Positions 24,151 to 39,719 of a DNA stretch of 64,000 nucleotides are shown here, one piece after another; within the stretch, counting starts at the first letter, position 1; every line of letters begins with the position of its first letter. The notes below the pieces were generated by a model. The model was not told the DNA's origin and did no database searches. It saw only the letters and a list, made by a program, of their open reading frames with translations. Source of the stretch: Lama glama (taxonomy: Eukaryota). A program made the position numbers and the translations under genes. The stretch is from positions 61,132,001 to 61,196,000 of the forward strand of contig CM052824.1 of NCBI GenBank assembly GCA_028534125.1. The letters are read 5' to 3'.

Positions 24151-27100
24151 AGACACACTGCCCTCGCCTCTGCGGTGCTGGAAGTGCCTGAAGCCAGGCC
24201 CAAAAGAGCCCCATAGGGGTATGAGAGTGTGTGGGTGACACCAAAAACAGCGTACCCCCAACACGGCCCAGGCCTTGGCCACGGGGCTGGGGGAGGAGCA
24301 GGTGTCTGGGGCTGGGACATGTGTCCTCCAAGGAATGGTCTATAGAGATCAGAAGGGCTGAACTTAGAAGGGATGCAGCGCGTTGGGTGGGGAAAGAAGC
24401 CTGCGACATTCAAGGGGAAGCTCCTTGCGGGACACAAAGCCTCCACCCCACCTGGCTTCTCAGAGGAAGGGGAATAAGGGCTGAGGATGGTTGGTTCAGG
24501 CCCTGTCCAGTGTGACCATGCTGGGCCTGTAGCTGTTCCCACATCCTGCCCAATGAGGGGCCGAGACTCCAAGACTGAGGACAGACCCCCAGCAGCCCAC
24601 TGGAGCAGCCCTCTGGAGGGACTGCCTGGTGGGCCAGGTGGCTTGCATCCTGGGATCTTTGCTAGACCAGACTAGAGGTGGCTGGCTGCCAGGGACACCC
24701 TGAGGGACACTCAGCCCCCAGGGCAGATTCCTTGCCCTTAGGGAGGCAGTTCAGCATCCCTGGGCAGGAATTGAGGTCCAGGAGAGCCTCGCCCCCCTCA
24801 CTCCTAAGATTCCTTCTGGTGGGGTAACCACTGCCCTCTCCCAACCACTCCTTTCTGCTTAGCTGGGGAGGGGCGCAGTTCCCGCAGGGTGAGGCAGCAG
24901 GGCCATCTCTGCCAGGATGTCCCCTCCCTTTCCCCCTCCCCAGGAGGACGGATGGGACTCAATGGTTTTCCTTCCTCCCTTTCTGGCAGGTGAGACGCCG
25001 GGCTTTGAGACAGGCTGACTTTGCCTAAAAAAGGAAGCGGCTCAGCTGAGCCTGAGGAGCTGGGGCAGGAACAAGCGAGAACTGTGTCCCCGCCGCCCCC
25101 ACCCCCTTGCCGGGAATCTTGGCAGTGGCAGTGCTGGCTCAGCTCCACAGACCTCAGGCCTTGGCTGGGACCAGAAGCTGCCTGGTGCTTCCGCCTGGTC
25201 GCTGAGGGGGCAGCAATGGGCTTGAACCCCCAAAGTTCAGGGTGTACTGCCCTGGGGACCTTGCTCGCCTGGCCCTCAGCCCTCCAGCACACATGGCTGA
25301 CCAGGGCTGCTGCGGGGAGGGACTGTGAGCTGAGCGGAGGCCATGATGCTGCAGCACCAGCAGCATCTTGAGACCTGGGGGCCCGGCGGGGAGCCCACCC
25401 AGGTAGATACGTGCCAGCACGTCTTGGCTCATCTTCCATCTCGCTGGGCACCCACCTGCCCCAGGCAGGGAGCCGGGCCATGCTGAGTCTGCCCTGTGGC
25501 ATCCCCAGTCCTGTCCAGAGGGTGAGCCCACAGTCACACCTCAGCTTTGCTGCGGGGTTGACGGGGACGTTTCCGTCCCTTCTGGAAAAATTGAGCTGCT
25601 CTTCTTGGCCATGATGCAAGCCCTCGAGGAAGCAGCCATCCTCCTTCCTCCAGCCTCTCCATCCGAGGGACAAAGGATGGGAGGCCCAGCCTTGGCTGAC
25701 AGTTCCTCCTCACCTCTGCCCAGGATCACTCCCAGCACTCACACTGAACTCTGGCCTGACCCCTGGGAGACCACCCCAGCCCCATCTGCTCAGCACTGCT
25801 CTCCCAGTCCCCCACACTACTCCTGTCTCCAGGATCAGCCCCTGAGGGAGACACGGGCCGATGGAGGGTCCCCAGGGAAGATGGGGGTCAGCGAGGGATG
25901 GAGTGGTCAGGGCTAGGGCTGGGCTTGAGGCAGACGCCAGAGGAAGTACAAATATAATGGCCCGGAAACCTCCTCTCTGAAGGAAGACAGGCCTGGGGGC
26001 GGCAGGGAGCAGAGAAGGACTGGGCAGCCAGGGCACAGCGTGCTCTGGGCCCAGCCCTCCACCTCCCCTGGGCCCAGAGTCTGCCTGGGCCTGGTGTCTG
26101 TGGGACCAGGAGGAAGGAGCAGCCTGTGTGCCAGAGGTGGCCCACCCCCGCCCCTGTGGCCTGGGCCCTAAGCATCACTTCCTGGAGCTGGCCCACGCTG
26201 TCTGTTGGTCTGCAGGCAGGTGGACAGGGTTCCACGAAACCCAGGGAGATGGCTCTCCAAGGCACTGCCCCTGCCCACCGCTGGTCCGCGGGAACGCGCC
26301 CTCCTCCGCTCCACCCAGGCCTCTGCAGAGAAGAAAGGCCTTTTGTCCCCAGCTTGCTATGGTCATGTTGACCCCAGGGTAAAGGCCAGCTCCCCAGGCC
26401 TCCGACCCCACCCGCGACCCCGGCTGAGGTCACTCTGCTAGGCCTGAGGGGGCAGAGCAGCCTGGCCCCTCCCTACCCCCTGGGGGTGCCTGTACTGTGG
26501 TTCTTGTCAATTGTATCTCCCCCACCACCCATATACATGCCAGGGGACACAGAGGCTGGAAGTCAGAGGTGTGGGCGAGCCCAAGGACCCTGACCCAGCC
26601 CCACAACAGTAAGCGGGGCAGAAGAAAGGGGTGGCCAAGAGCAGCAGGGCTCAGAGGCCCCTGCCACCACCCACCCAGCTGCCCCACCCACGCATTCTTC
26701 TAGACTCAACCTGCCCGTTTGTGGTCAGGGACATGCCAGGGCCAGAGGGCCAGTCCTAGGAGTCTGGAGGGCGCATTGTCCCATCCTCTTTGGCCCCAGA
26801 GCTGATCCCCACCCAGTCCTTCTGCTGGCAACAGCCAGGGCGGCAGGAAAGATGGCCGATGGGGTGGGTGGCCTGGGCACGGGGGCGGGGGGAGGGTGCC
26901 AACCCGTCTGCATTCTGCCGTCATCTCCATGCTGGGCCAGCCACATGACAGATTCTGCACTGGGGACATGCGGAGCTGGAAGGGGGAAGGGCAGTGGTGA
27001 GTTTGCAGAGAGGACTGGCTATTTATTTTTCCCCAGGGGGGTGGGGCATGTCAGACCAGGTGGGCAGAAGCTACAGGAAGTCCCAGGGTCCTTGGGTGGG

Positions 27101-28949
27101 GGCCTGCCAGTGTGTGAGGGCTGTAAGGAAGCCTGGGAGGCAGAAAGGGCAGGGGCAGGCTTCACAGAGGAGGCAAGGGCTCATGGCCTGCGCAGGGGCA
27201 GGGTGGGGCAGAAGCCAGGCCTTGAAGAAGATACGGGGCCATCCGCATCAGAGGCAGAGCCCAATGGGCAGGGCTGGGAGGCAGAAAGGAAGGCAGAAGT
27301 TCAGTTGCTCCTGGGTTTTCAACCCATGCAGGGAACTGAACGGTGATGCCCTTCCTGAGGTAAGACCCCTCCCTAGTCTTGGCTCCCTGTGCTGGAACCT
27401 TCTGTAACAGGGAGATGACCACCACGCCCTGCCCCAGCACCAGGCAGGGTCCAGGCAGGCTTGCACAGGAAAGAGAAAGCAGGGAGCGACAGATCTATGT
27501 CAACATCTTGGTAGGGGGCTCCCCGGAGGTAGGGGGCAGGCCAAGGAGCAGGGCAAGGGGCCTCAGGTCTCAGGGCCAGCACCAGGCTCTGCCTGTTCCT
27601 CCCCAGTGCACCCACCACAGCTGTTTCTGCCCAGCACCCCTGGCCTGGCTCCCATGCCTGGGTGGGGGCAGGGCTCACGCCTGGAACGCCGGATGTGGGG
27701 ACAGAACTCTCCGGGTCCCTCCTAGCTGTGCAACACTGAAGGTGTGTCTGCAGACACCTGAGCTGCCAGGAAATATTTTGTGAATGAATAAATGGCCTTG
27801 GGCAGATCCAGGAACCTGGCAGAGCCCAGATTCCACACCTGTGGGGTCTGGACAATGCCCCACCAGGGGTGTGAGGACCAGTGATAGAGGGGATGCACAC
27901 GCTCACACATAGGAGCATGTAACTCCCCGCCACATGCACGTGCACACATGTGCACCGCAGAGGCCCCCCACAGCCAGGAACTCTTACAGGGCCAGGGCCT
28001 GGGCACCTGGGAGAAGAGACTTTGTTGCCCAAAGTGGAGGTTTCCGCCACCCAGTAGCTTGGGGCCTCTGCCCTCGACTTTCCCAACTTTCCTGACAGCT
28101 GGTCTCCTAAAAGCAGACCCTGAGGCTCTTCTGTAAACTTTCCACAGCCCCCATGGGTGTTCGTTTTGTGAGTGGGTGGGTCAGAGCTGGGGGTGAGGCA
28201 GGTTGTCCTGGGGGCCAGCTGGAGGCCATGTAGGGCTTGGCAGGCCTGAGAAGCTGGGACACACGGTGGCCTCCCCACCCCCCACCCCCAGCCCAGCTGT
28301 TGTTTTGATGACTCCGGGGCCAGGCAGATCCTCAGGAGAGTCCTCGTCCTCAATGCCTGGCCAGAGCCCGTCCAACCCTAGGCAGGAGGGGAAGGAAGGC
28401 GGCCTCGGACTAGGGGAAGCTCTCCCTGGGCGCCAGGCAGCCAGCCAGGCTCCTGACCGACTGGGCACAGACAACTGGAAAGCCCCGAGGACTCCTGCTG
28501 GACCTGAGCCAGCCCAGAGCTAGGCGCTGCCCAAGCCACGAGGGAGCCCTGAGACCTGACCTTTGGGCGTGTCTGGGCCCTGACCTATGGCTCACAGGTG
28601 GAACCTGGCTGGCAGTGCGGTGTACTAGGTCCTTTACAAGGCCTTTCAGCTATTCCTAGATTTGGGACAAATTACAACAAACACATTTTTGATGCACTGT
28701 TGGGCTTAAAAGGAAGTAAATATCTCCAAGGCTCCCCAAAATGAAACACCAAAAATAAGTGCATAAATAAACAAATGGAATAGTGAACAGAAACCCGGGA
28801 TGATGAAGGAAAACAAGTGGGAAAGCAGAGACTTCCCTGAACACAGCACGGAGAGCCACACTGCATCGGGACAAGTGTGGACTTCCTTCCCTGCGGGCTA
28901 CAGACCAGGACCCGAACAGGGGCCCAGGACGGTCACGCCTCACAAGGGC

Positions 28950-29650
28950 ACCCTCTCTGGAGGGACCAGGTCTCAGAACGTTCACAGGTGTGGGCTGACA
29001 CTTAACAATTGCAAACATTCAGAGAAACAACGTGCTATGACTGAGAGGCAGCAGAAATGACAAACAACAGAGTTAGAGCCCCAAAGAAAGGGATTGGAAT
29101 TGTTAGGTACACACTATAAAATAACCATGTGTGAAATGTTCCAGGAGTCAAAGCTGGAACCCAAAACTGAGCACGCACCAAGAGACCGCCAAAATGAGCA
29201 GACGGGAATAAGAAGCGGTTGTAACCTTCAGGTATGACGATACGATAATTTAAAGTTAGAGGATGCATTAATCAGCAGATTCGATACAGCCAGTGATTAA
29301 TGACCCGGAAGAGGGACCTGAGGAAATTGCCAGAATGCAGCAGAGAGACAAGGAGACAGAAAACACAAAAGAGGGATGAACTGACATGAGAGGTAAAGGG
29401 AAAACATGCAGCACTCGTGTACCAGGTGTTCCCTGAGAAAGAACAGGGAGAATAAATGAGAGGCAGGACTGAAGCAATAATGGTGGGAGATCTACAGAAC
29501 TGATGAAAATGTGAATCTATAAAACTGGGAAACGCAGCGGACACCAAATGGATACAGAACAACAGAGCCACAACCAGAAGCATGCTTAAAAGAACAGAAC
29601 GCAAAAGATGGAAAAGACCTTAAAATTCTCCAGAGAGAACAGACTGGGCC
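28950..29650 (+). mobile_element. Degenerate L1/HAL1 ORF1-like fragment
   Basis: A-rich, purine-skewed block in GC-rich surroundings with ORF1-like motifs (cagcagattcgatacagc, gaggaaattgccagaatgcagcagagagacaa). Confidence 0.6.
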
Positions 29651-30200
29651 CTTACTCTAAATGCTAATTCCGTTCTCAGGCTGAGCCCTGCGCGCCTGGT
29701 TCTCTGGCCGCCGATGGAGTTTTGGAAACATCCAGCGTGGGGTCTCCCAAGCAAATCTCACCACCTCTGGAACTTGCTGGAGGCCCACTGACTGACCAGA
29801 CAGGGGACTTTCAGAGACTGTCCTCGGGGAGGGCACAGGAGCCCAGGGCAGCCACAGTGGCAGAAGCCGGGAAGGCCGCCTTTCCCAGAGCCTGGCCATG
29901 CGCCCTTCTCTGAAAACCATCTCCCTCCTCCCTTGGGGGTCCCAGTCTCCGCAGCTACGGAAACAGCAGGAGCGGAGAGAGGCTGGGGAAGAGCCGACCC
30001 GGTCCGGGGGAGGCCGGTGCCACCTCGCGGCCACTCGGAGCACTGCGCACGGAGCTGCGTGGGGCCCTGCGATTTCCCACGTTGGGACCTGGACGCAGAC
30101 CCTGAGTCGCCAGCCTGGAGCCACCTTATGGGGGACACGGGGGGAATTCAGGGCCCTCTGGGATTTGAGGTCTTGGGGTCCTTTGGAGAGGATTCTGGGG

Positions 30201-31709
30201 TCACACCCAGGCGCAGAGCTGCTCCTCCCCGTCAGGGTGGCGTCGCGCGCGCCCATCGTCTCTGGACACCAGGTGGCGGCGGGGTCCGGGACTGCAAGTC
30301 GGGGGCGGCAGCAGCGAGCGGAGGCGTCGGGCCAGGCGGGCGCGGGCGGCCGAGGCGAGAACCAGAAGCGGAGGAAGCGAGAGGAAGCCCGACACGATGA
30401 GCGCCGCAGAGCCGCGATCCGAGAGCAGCGCGCGGCACGCAGGGCGAGGCTCGGGGTGGACCTGAGGGTGGGGCGGGCGGTCAGGCGTGGCTGTGGGGCC
30501 TCAGTTCCGGGACCGGGCCTGGCGGGGCTGGGGCGGGGCAGATGGACTGGGGTGGGGCCTGGAGGCCGTGTCTGGGAGCAGGTGGACTGGTGGAGCGTTA
30601 AGCCCCGATTCCAGCGGGGGCGCTGGGGTGGGGGGCAGGTGGACGAGGGAGGGGCCGGGGGAGAGCGCGGGGACTGAGTTCTGGCGGAGTCCGGTGGCTG
30701 GGACTCGCGGTGGGCCAGGCATTTCTGAGCAGAGGATGGGAGGCGAGGGACCCAGGGGTAAATGGCCCAGTAGGAGTCCCTTGAGGGGAGCCTCAGAGGG
30801 TAGCTCTCCGGTTCCCGACCTCCGTCTTCCTCCCCTCTCTGTCTCCCAAGGGTCTTTCCTATGTTGGCATCTGACCTTGAGGCCCTCCGGTAGGTGCCAC
30901 CAGCAGGGGACACCTTTTCTTCTGTGGCCCTGGTTTCAGCCCCACTTTCCTGACATGCCTAAAAAAAGAGGAACACAGGGCCCCCCTCTGCCTGGACTCT
31001 CCTGACTCCAGACCAAGCTGCAGCCCCTTCCATAAGTGGGGACACCCATCCCAGGGTAACGGGTAATAGAAGGTAAGGAGGGGCTGTGGACTGGTTAAAT
31101 TTGGTGATATTTTAATATTCTCTTCCTGGAATCCTCCTCCTCTTCCCACTCTGCACAGCTGTCCAGGCCCTGGTGGCCCCTGGTACAGAGCTGGGAGGCC
31201 TCGGGGGAGGGGAGAGAGCTGTCACCCTTGGGTGACAAACAAAAGCCCTTCTTTTGCTACAGCTGGTCGGGTGGGGGGTACTTGGCAGAAGAGGCTCTTC
31301 AGGGAGGGGCACGTGTGCCTCTGGGGACAGATTCACCTTCAGCCCCAAGACCCCAGACTTCCACAGGAACCCCCACTCCCCAAAGACTCCAGCCAGTCCC
31401 CCCGCCTCCACGCCCACAGAGGGCTCAGCTCACCCTCGAGTGGCACAGGAATCCCAGGAAGACGATGGCTGCTGCTGGCAGCAGCACCAGCAGGAACACG
31501 GCTGCGGGCAGCAGCAGGTGGAGCAGGAGCCCCGCCAGGGCCCGGCCAGGCAGCGACAGGGTCCCGAGGCCTTGGGCGGCCAGGCCTGCCCACCGTGGGG
31601 ACCTCAGGGCCGCGGCCTGGCAGTCAGGAGGCCTTCGGGGCAGCATGAGTGCTGTGTCTGAAGTGCCCTCTCCCTCATCCTCCTCCATCTCCCTCTCCTG
31701 CCCACTCAT
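30201..31709 (-). CDS. TMEM88B: Transmembrane protein 88B, 178 aa
   Basis: Exons 31709-31434 (MSGQEREMEEDE...LLLHLLLPAAVFLLVLLPAAAIVFLGFLCHSR) and 30461-30201 (VHPEPRPACRALLSDRGSAALIV...LCAWV*), joined by a phase-0 GT-AG intron. Position between VWA1 and ANKRD65 matches the known synteny. Confidence 0.93.
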
Positions 31710-34492
31710 GTTCTCTTGGGCAGTGGACCTGGTGGGCCCACAGCGGTGGTCACGTTGCAGGAATGAGCCCCTCCCCCTGTTTCAGATTAGCAGAATTTTA
31801 ACCATAGGTCCCCAGGTCACATCTCTACCCAGAACCCAGCATCCGGATGGAGGACCCAGCTGGAGGGCAGGACCCTGGCCCAGGGGTCCACCCCTGACCA
31901 TCAGTCTCCAAGGCCACACCTGAGCCTCCGGTTCCTCCACTGCCAGACTGACCCCGTCTCTGCCAGGTTACTGCAGCTCTGGCCCTGGTCAGTCTCCCCA
32001 GCCAGCTCCTGCATGCTCTGGTCAGAGCTTGCACAGCTGTCCCTACAGCTCAGCACTGGGGCCCTCCTCCCTCCTGGTCCCCTCCTCCCTCCTGGTCCCG
32101 CCCTCTGCCCACTTCCAGCTCCTGCACACAACGCCTCATTTCACTAGTCGTAACTCTAGCAACTGCCCCATCAGTAGCTGCCATGTAGAGGTCAACCCCA
32201 TCTCCCAGCCCTGCCCCTGCTGGTCCCTCATCCCCAAACCTGGCCCCTCACAGCCTCAGAGAAGCTTCCCCAGAAGATGCTGGGTGCCCCCACCATACCT
32301 GTCGAGAGGGCCCGTGGGCAATGGATAGGAAATGCTTGGTGTGGGACTCAGCACACAGTAGGTGCCAATAACAGCTTCATCCTGCCAGCCAGAATCCTAC
32401 CAGCTTCATCCTACCAGCCACCAAACTTGGTGCCAGAATCCCATCCATCCTGAAAACAGGGGGAGCACATAATTCTGTTACTTCAAGTAAAGGAGGTATC
32501 AGCTTTCCTAGCCCGTCCGAAAACCCCAAATAATTTCTTCCAATGTGACTAAAATACTCTTAGCACCTAATGGTCTCCCAGGGTTTTTGGGCATAACATA
32601 CAGTATTTTAAACACCACTTACATAACCGGTTGACAAACTACTCAAGAGGTTGTCTGTGAGCTGAGTGGAGGTGGCTGGACAGCACCATGTGTGAACGTT
32701 TCCCCCCTCCTTAGCCCTTCCAACTCTGCTTCTAACATTTTCCAGGCCCTTCGAGCTCACCTCGGCTCTCTGCGGGCACCCCGACAGCCTGGCACGTGTC
32801 CACAGAGGTCATCTGCACAAGCGGCCGTGCCCGGGCCGTGACAGGTGTGGCTGCAGCAGGGAAGCAGCTCCTAAGCACTGGGTGCCCCCCTCCCACCCCC
32901 GTCCTTGTCATGTGGTCACCCAGGCTTGCTCCTTTCAGCATCCTCCTGCGTCACCTTGTGGGACAGGGTATGGGGCCTACAACCTTGGTCCCCTTATTTT
33001 GGCTGGTGGCTCAGGTAGTAAACTGTCCGAACCCACCCAGAGCACCTTGCTTCTTTACGGGCCGAATCCGCCAGCCTGTGTGACATGCCTGATTAACGTC
33101 AGGTAGACAGGTATTTTTGTGCAGTGACAAGTGCTAGGAAGAAAATGCAACAGAGGATGAGGCTGCTTCAGATCAGTGGTCAGGCTCGAGGGCCCCTCTG
33201 CGGAGGGGATGTCTGAGCTGAGTGACTGAGGCTTACAGGGTGGGGTCCATGTGGCTTGAGGGTGGGATGGGGCCCTTCAGGCCCTTGCCTGGAGACCCAG
33301 CCTTTGGGCCTGACTCCTGGAAGGGCCACCCCTCTCTGGAGCGTGTACAGGGCAGGGCCTTCAGGACACCTTCTCTCTGGGAGCCAGGAAGGTGCTGGGG
33401 CGGGAGCGACTGCCCCCGAGCTGTGCTGCCCCCTGGTGGACAGTCACCAGAAGCAGCTGGAGGGGCGTGCCCTCAGCAACCTGCCGCACTTTCTCCTGTG
33501 TGGGCTCTGGACTAGCGGCCTTACCCAGGGACTGGGGATGGGAAGGCACCTTCAGGGCTAGCCTCCCACCCTGGCCCTCTGTGCCCCAGGGCCCCAGAAT
33601 CCAAGCGGCCAGTCCCGAAGGCCTTACTCAGGCCTCTCCTGTAGCACCACTCTTCCACCTTTCAGACTTGACTCCTCTCCTAAACAACCCCCCTTTGCCT
33701 GGCTCTCTCCTTCCGTTGAGGGTCTGCCCCTTCACAGCCCCTGCTGACTCGCTCAGCCTACTCTCAAGAGGCTTCCTACTCCCACAACTTACCCGGCCAC
33801 CTGCCGGGTGTCCCGGGTTGATGTTCCTTCCTCTTCCTCGTGGAGCATCTTCATAGGGGGAAGGGCCCTACCTCACCCTGTCCACTGCTCCAGCTGGAGT
33901 CAGGAGAGAGGCCAAGCTTCAGCACCGAGGGGGGTCTTAGCCAGCTGGGACAGGAGTGGGGGTGAGGGGCAGGGCCTGAGGGAGGGACCCACGGGAAGGT
34001 ATGTGGGTGCCTCCTGGGGTGGGCAAGTCATGGCCCATCATAGACTGAGCTTCTTGGAGGAGCTGTGGTCCATGGGCAAGTCCCTGCCTGCCTGGCCTTT
34101 GTCTCCCTGGAGGGAGGCCAAGCCAGAGGCCCTGGAAGTTGGCAGGGGCTGAAGGGTGCTGAGACAGGGGTTGGCAGGCAGGGCCTCCCCTTAAGTTCTG
34201 GGTAAACAGTGTGGGGAGGTGGCCCTTAGCCTGGCCCGGGAGGCAGCTCTGCACCACCCCCTCCCAAACAGCTGCAGCTCCAGCCTCCCAGCACGCTGGG
34301 AGCAGACACCCCCACCTCTGCACCTGCGGAAGGAGTTTCACGAGAGGGCCACCAGGCTGTGGCTGGGCCAGGACAGCATGGAGAAGACCCCCAGCTGGAG
34401 GACAGAGGCCCTGGGTGGACTCTCTTCAGAGGTATCTGAGATCCAAGGCCCTCAGAAGGCTAAGTGGTGGCCTGGTTCCCCTGGGGAGATGA

Positions 34493-36568
<2,076 letters not shown>

Positions 36569-38749
36569 ACCCCAGTAACAAGTTCCTGGCTGGACCTGAG
36601 ATGGCCCCACTGAGTCCGGGGGCCGCGTCACCCCTGCAGCACCAGCCTCTCTGGCAGAGAGACTGAGCTGTGGCAGCAGAACTGACCAAAAGCTGACGGG
36701 CTCCGTTTGTCCACCATGGGGCTGTCACCCTCAGGGCTTCCTCTGTCCGTGGTAGCATTCTTCTTGTGTTTCCTTAGATTCAGTGTTTGTCTGTCGGCGT
36801 CCGCTCAGTGACTGCAGGACCAAACGAGTGGCCAGTTGTCTTTCTCGCCCCTGCCGTCCCGAGCCACCTTCTCTCAGTACGCAGCCCTGAACCACCCAGG
36901 CCCACTGGACTATCGAACAAGCCGGTCCTCAACTGTGTCCCTGCCCTGCCTCATCTTTCCTGTGGGAACCCCAGTGAAGGCTTGAGCCTCCCACCTCCTG
37001 CTCCTGCTTCTACCTCCTGGTTGACACTAGTGCTTCTGCCTGTTTCCGCCAGGAAACCTAAGAAAGAAAAATGGTTTTTTCAATGGCATTAGCCACTCAC
37101 GGTTATCACTCAGTCATATCTGTAAATTACGCTCCTGTGGTCCAACCACACAGAGGGACAGTTGTCTCCAGTGGCCCCTCTAATGTGCTCTCACAGAAAA
37201 TCATTGCGGTTCATTGATTGTTCTGGAAGAATGTCTTTAGAGGACAGATTTCCTCTTTCAAAAGTGAAAACTGTCATGCCAAATGAGCACCTCTGTCCAG
37301 GGATTATGGGAGCACTTGGATGTCACTCCTGAGGCAATGGAAGCCTTGGGGGGGGTTTGTGCTTGTGTAACATGGTCCTCGTGGCCCATGGAGCCAGCTC
37401 GTGCAGAGTGGGCTGTTCCTGGGACGGGGAGCCCAGGAGCCAGTGAGATGGCGGTGGCACAGCAGTGGAGGTGGGGGAGGCAGGCAGCACCGGGAGGATT
37501 CTGTGGGCAGGGCCCTGTGTGCTTGCTGATGGGTTTGAGGTGGGGGGCCAGGGAAAGGGAGACCTCACACTGACCCTAGCGAGGCTTGGGCCCGAGGTGG
37601 TGGGGTGAGTGGGAAACCTTAATCGTGATGGGGAGAGCAGGTGCACAGGAGATGAGAATGTGGGAAAGGTGGGGGCTGTGGTGACATCTCTGATGTTGTC
37701 AGAGTAAAGATGGTTTCTAAAGCTGCAGGACACACCAACACCCAGCTTCCAGCACAGCCTGTGGGCTCTGCTCCAGAGCCACACACAGTCTGACGGCCTC
37801 TCGCCTCCCCTGCTGAGTCCACTATGTCCAGGCACCAGCAGCCTTGTTGGGAGCATTGCCATAACCAGGCAGGCCCCCAGCCTAGCTGGTCTTCTCGTTT
37901 GAGCCCCTGACTCCCTGTGGGCTGTTCTCAGAACAGTAGCTATAACCTATTGACTATCCTGCTCACAGTCTCCCCAGTGACTCCCTCTCCCCAGTGGAGT
38001 GTAAACGAAATATGGCATATTGTGTTGTTCACAAATGCTCCAGCGATCTCATCCACCACCGTGCTCTTTCCAGCGCGATCTCCATGCTCCCCCGTCCAGA
38101 GCTGGAGTCTGTGTCTCCACCTCTTGACTGTTCTGGCCACCCGAGTCCTGCCGAAGTGATGCCCTATGACTTTCCAAGGTGCAGGGTGGCTGCCACGGGG
38201 TAAGGAAGCCTAGGGCCGTGTGCTACACGGGACATTAAAGGCCCTCCTCGACCTCCAGGGCCCACACATCCTGACCAGCTTCTATCTCCAGGCTCCCGCT
38301 TGCTCATTGGCCCCGGACCAACTCTGGCTCACTGACCTTGATTACACCAAGCCTCGCACTTGCTGATCCCTGTGCCTGCCCTCAGCCACTGCCTTCTTCA
38401 CTGGAATAGCACCTCTCTGCGCACTCTTCTAACGCTATATAAATGGTACCCCTCAAGGTAAACCTCTTCTTTAAAGGGAATGCCAATAAATACGGAGAGT
38501 TAGAAAGTCAGCAATGGACGCTCGAGTTGGTGAGTGCAAGTCGTCTTGGAGTGTGGAGGTCACAGAGGGTGCTGCTCAGATACCCTTCAAGGCTCCACCT
38601 GTCTTTGAGCTTCAAGTCCACGGCAGTATTTTAGCCAATGGCACACTTTTCCTGACGGCCCCAGACACTGGCTGAGCTCAGGTGCTGGGGTCTGGCCATT
38701 TCTGCCCAACACAAGATTTCCCAAATAGGCAGTCTCTGCCTCGGAACGA

Positions 38750-39580
38750 CTGGGTCAGCCCAGACGTTGCCCCATCTGCACCCGCTCTCTCCCACGCGCA
38801 AGACAGGGTGCAACACCATACTCCTATTTGCATCTCAGCATCTGCTGACAGGAAGGCCTACAACTCTCAAAGCATTTGTTTCTCCACAAGCTACTAATTA
38901 GTTACAAAAGTAAAAGTGGGGGAGAAACCTGGCAAGCAATTCCATAATTAAGTGGTTAAAGCTGATGTTTTCCATGTTGGAACAGGCCTCCTGATACCAC
39001 GCACAGAGAAGGACACAATGTAATCTCTGCGGTATTCTGCTAAAAATGTGTAACCCAGTTATAATCACGAGGAGACATCAGATGAACTCGAGAGGCATTC
39101 TACAAAATAACTAGCCTGGACTTTTCAGGAATGCCAAGGTCAAGAAAAACAAAGAAATGCTGAAGAACTGTTCCAGATTAAGACTAAAAATGAGACACAA
39201 CAACTATAGGCAGCGCAGGATCCCGGACAGGGGAAAATGCGGTGAAGATCATTTGACAGAACTGGGTATGGACTGTGGTCTAGACAGTAGTATTGCGTTA
39301 ATCTTGAATTTCCCGATTTTGATCCTTGTGCTGTGACTTGTAAGAGAATGACCTTGTCCTAAGGAAATACACAGTGAAATATTTAGTTATCTTCCACTTC
39401 CTCTCAAATGGACCAGAGGAAAAACTCACTGTGTGCTTATGAACATTTATAGCGGGACTGACTTTTAAAAATGGAGCAAATGTAAACAGTTGGTACATTT
39501 GGGTAAAGCATATTGGGGAGTTTCTGGAACTAGTCTTGCAACTTTTCTGTAACTTAAAATTATGCCCAGAGTTAAAGTTA
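38750..39580 (+). mobile_element. Old L1 (L1MD/ME-like) 3' UTR fragment
   Basis: Motifs cattctacaaaataactagcctgga, gaactgttccagattaa, gtaagagaatgaccttgtcctaaggaaatacacagtgaa and tcttgcaacttttctgtaa. Confidence 0.7.
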
Positions 39581-39719
39581 CAAAGGAAGTGCACACTCCC
39601 TTCATTGTTTCATGTAATAATGATAATATAATGGTACTGTGGTAAAATGGTGACAAAGTATACGCAGTATTTATATTGTACGTGCCATTCCAATCCTTTC
39701 AAAGTGCACAGCTCAGCAG

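Noticed and set aside
22943-24572. 397-aa and 379-aa ORFs over the VWA1 promoter
   Set aside because: Stop-poor CpG island with low-complexity Arg/Pro/Gly/Ala composition. Only the VWA1 exon 1 part is real.
24800-28400. Long ORFs and a possible lncRNA between VWA1 and TMEM88B
   Set aside because: No coherent exon structure or protein signature could be supported from the sequence alone.
29657-30913. 418-aa minus-strand ORF
   Set aside because: Alternative frame over TMEM88B exon 2 and its CpG island.
32060-32420. Short direct duplications (about 19-20 bp at about 32062-32099, and 32372/32401)
   Set aside because: Ordinary slippage duplications with two copies only. Not an array, and no CRISPR-like structure was seen anywhere in the window.
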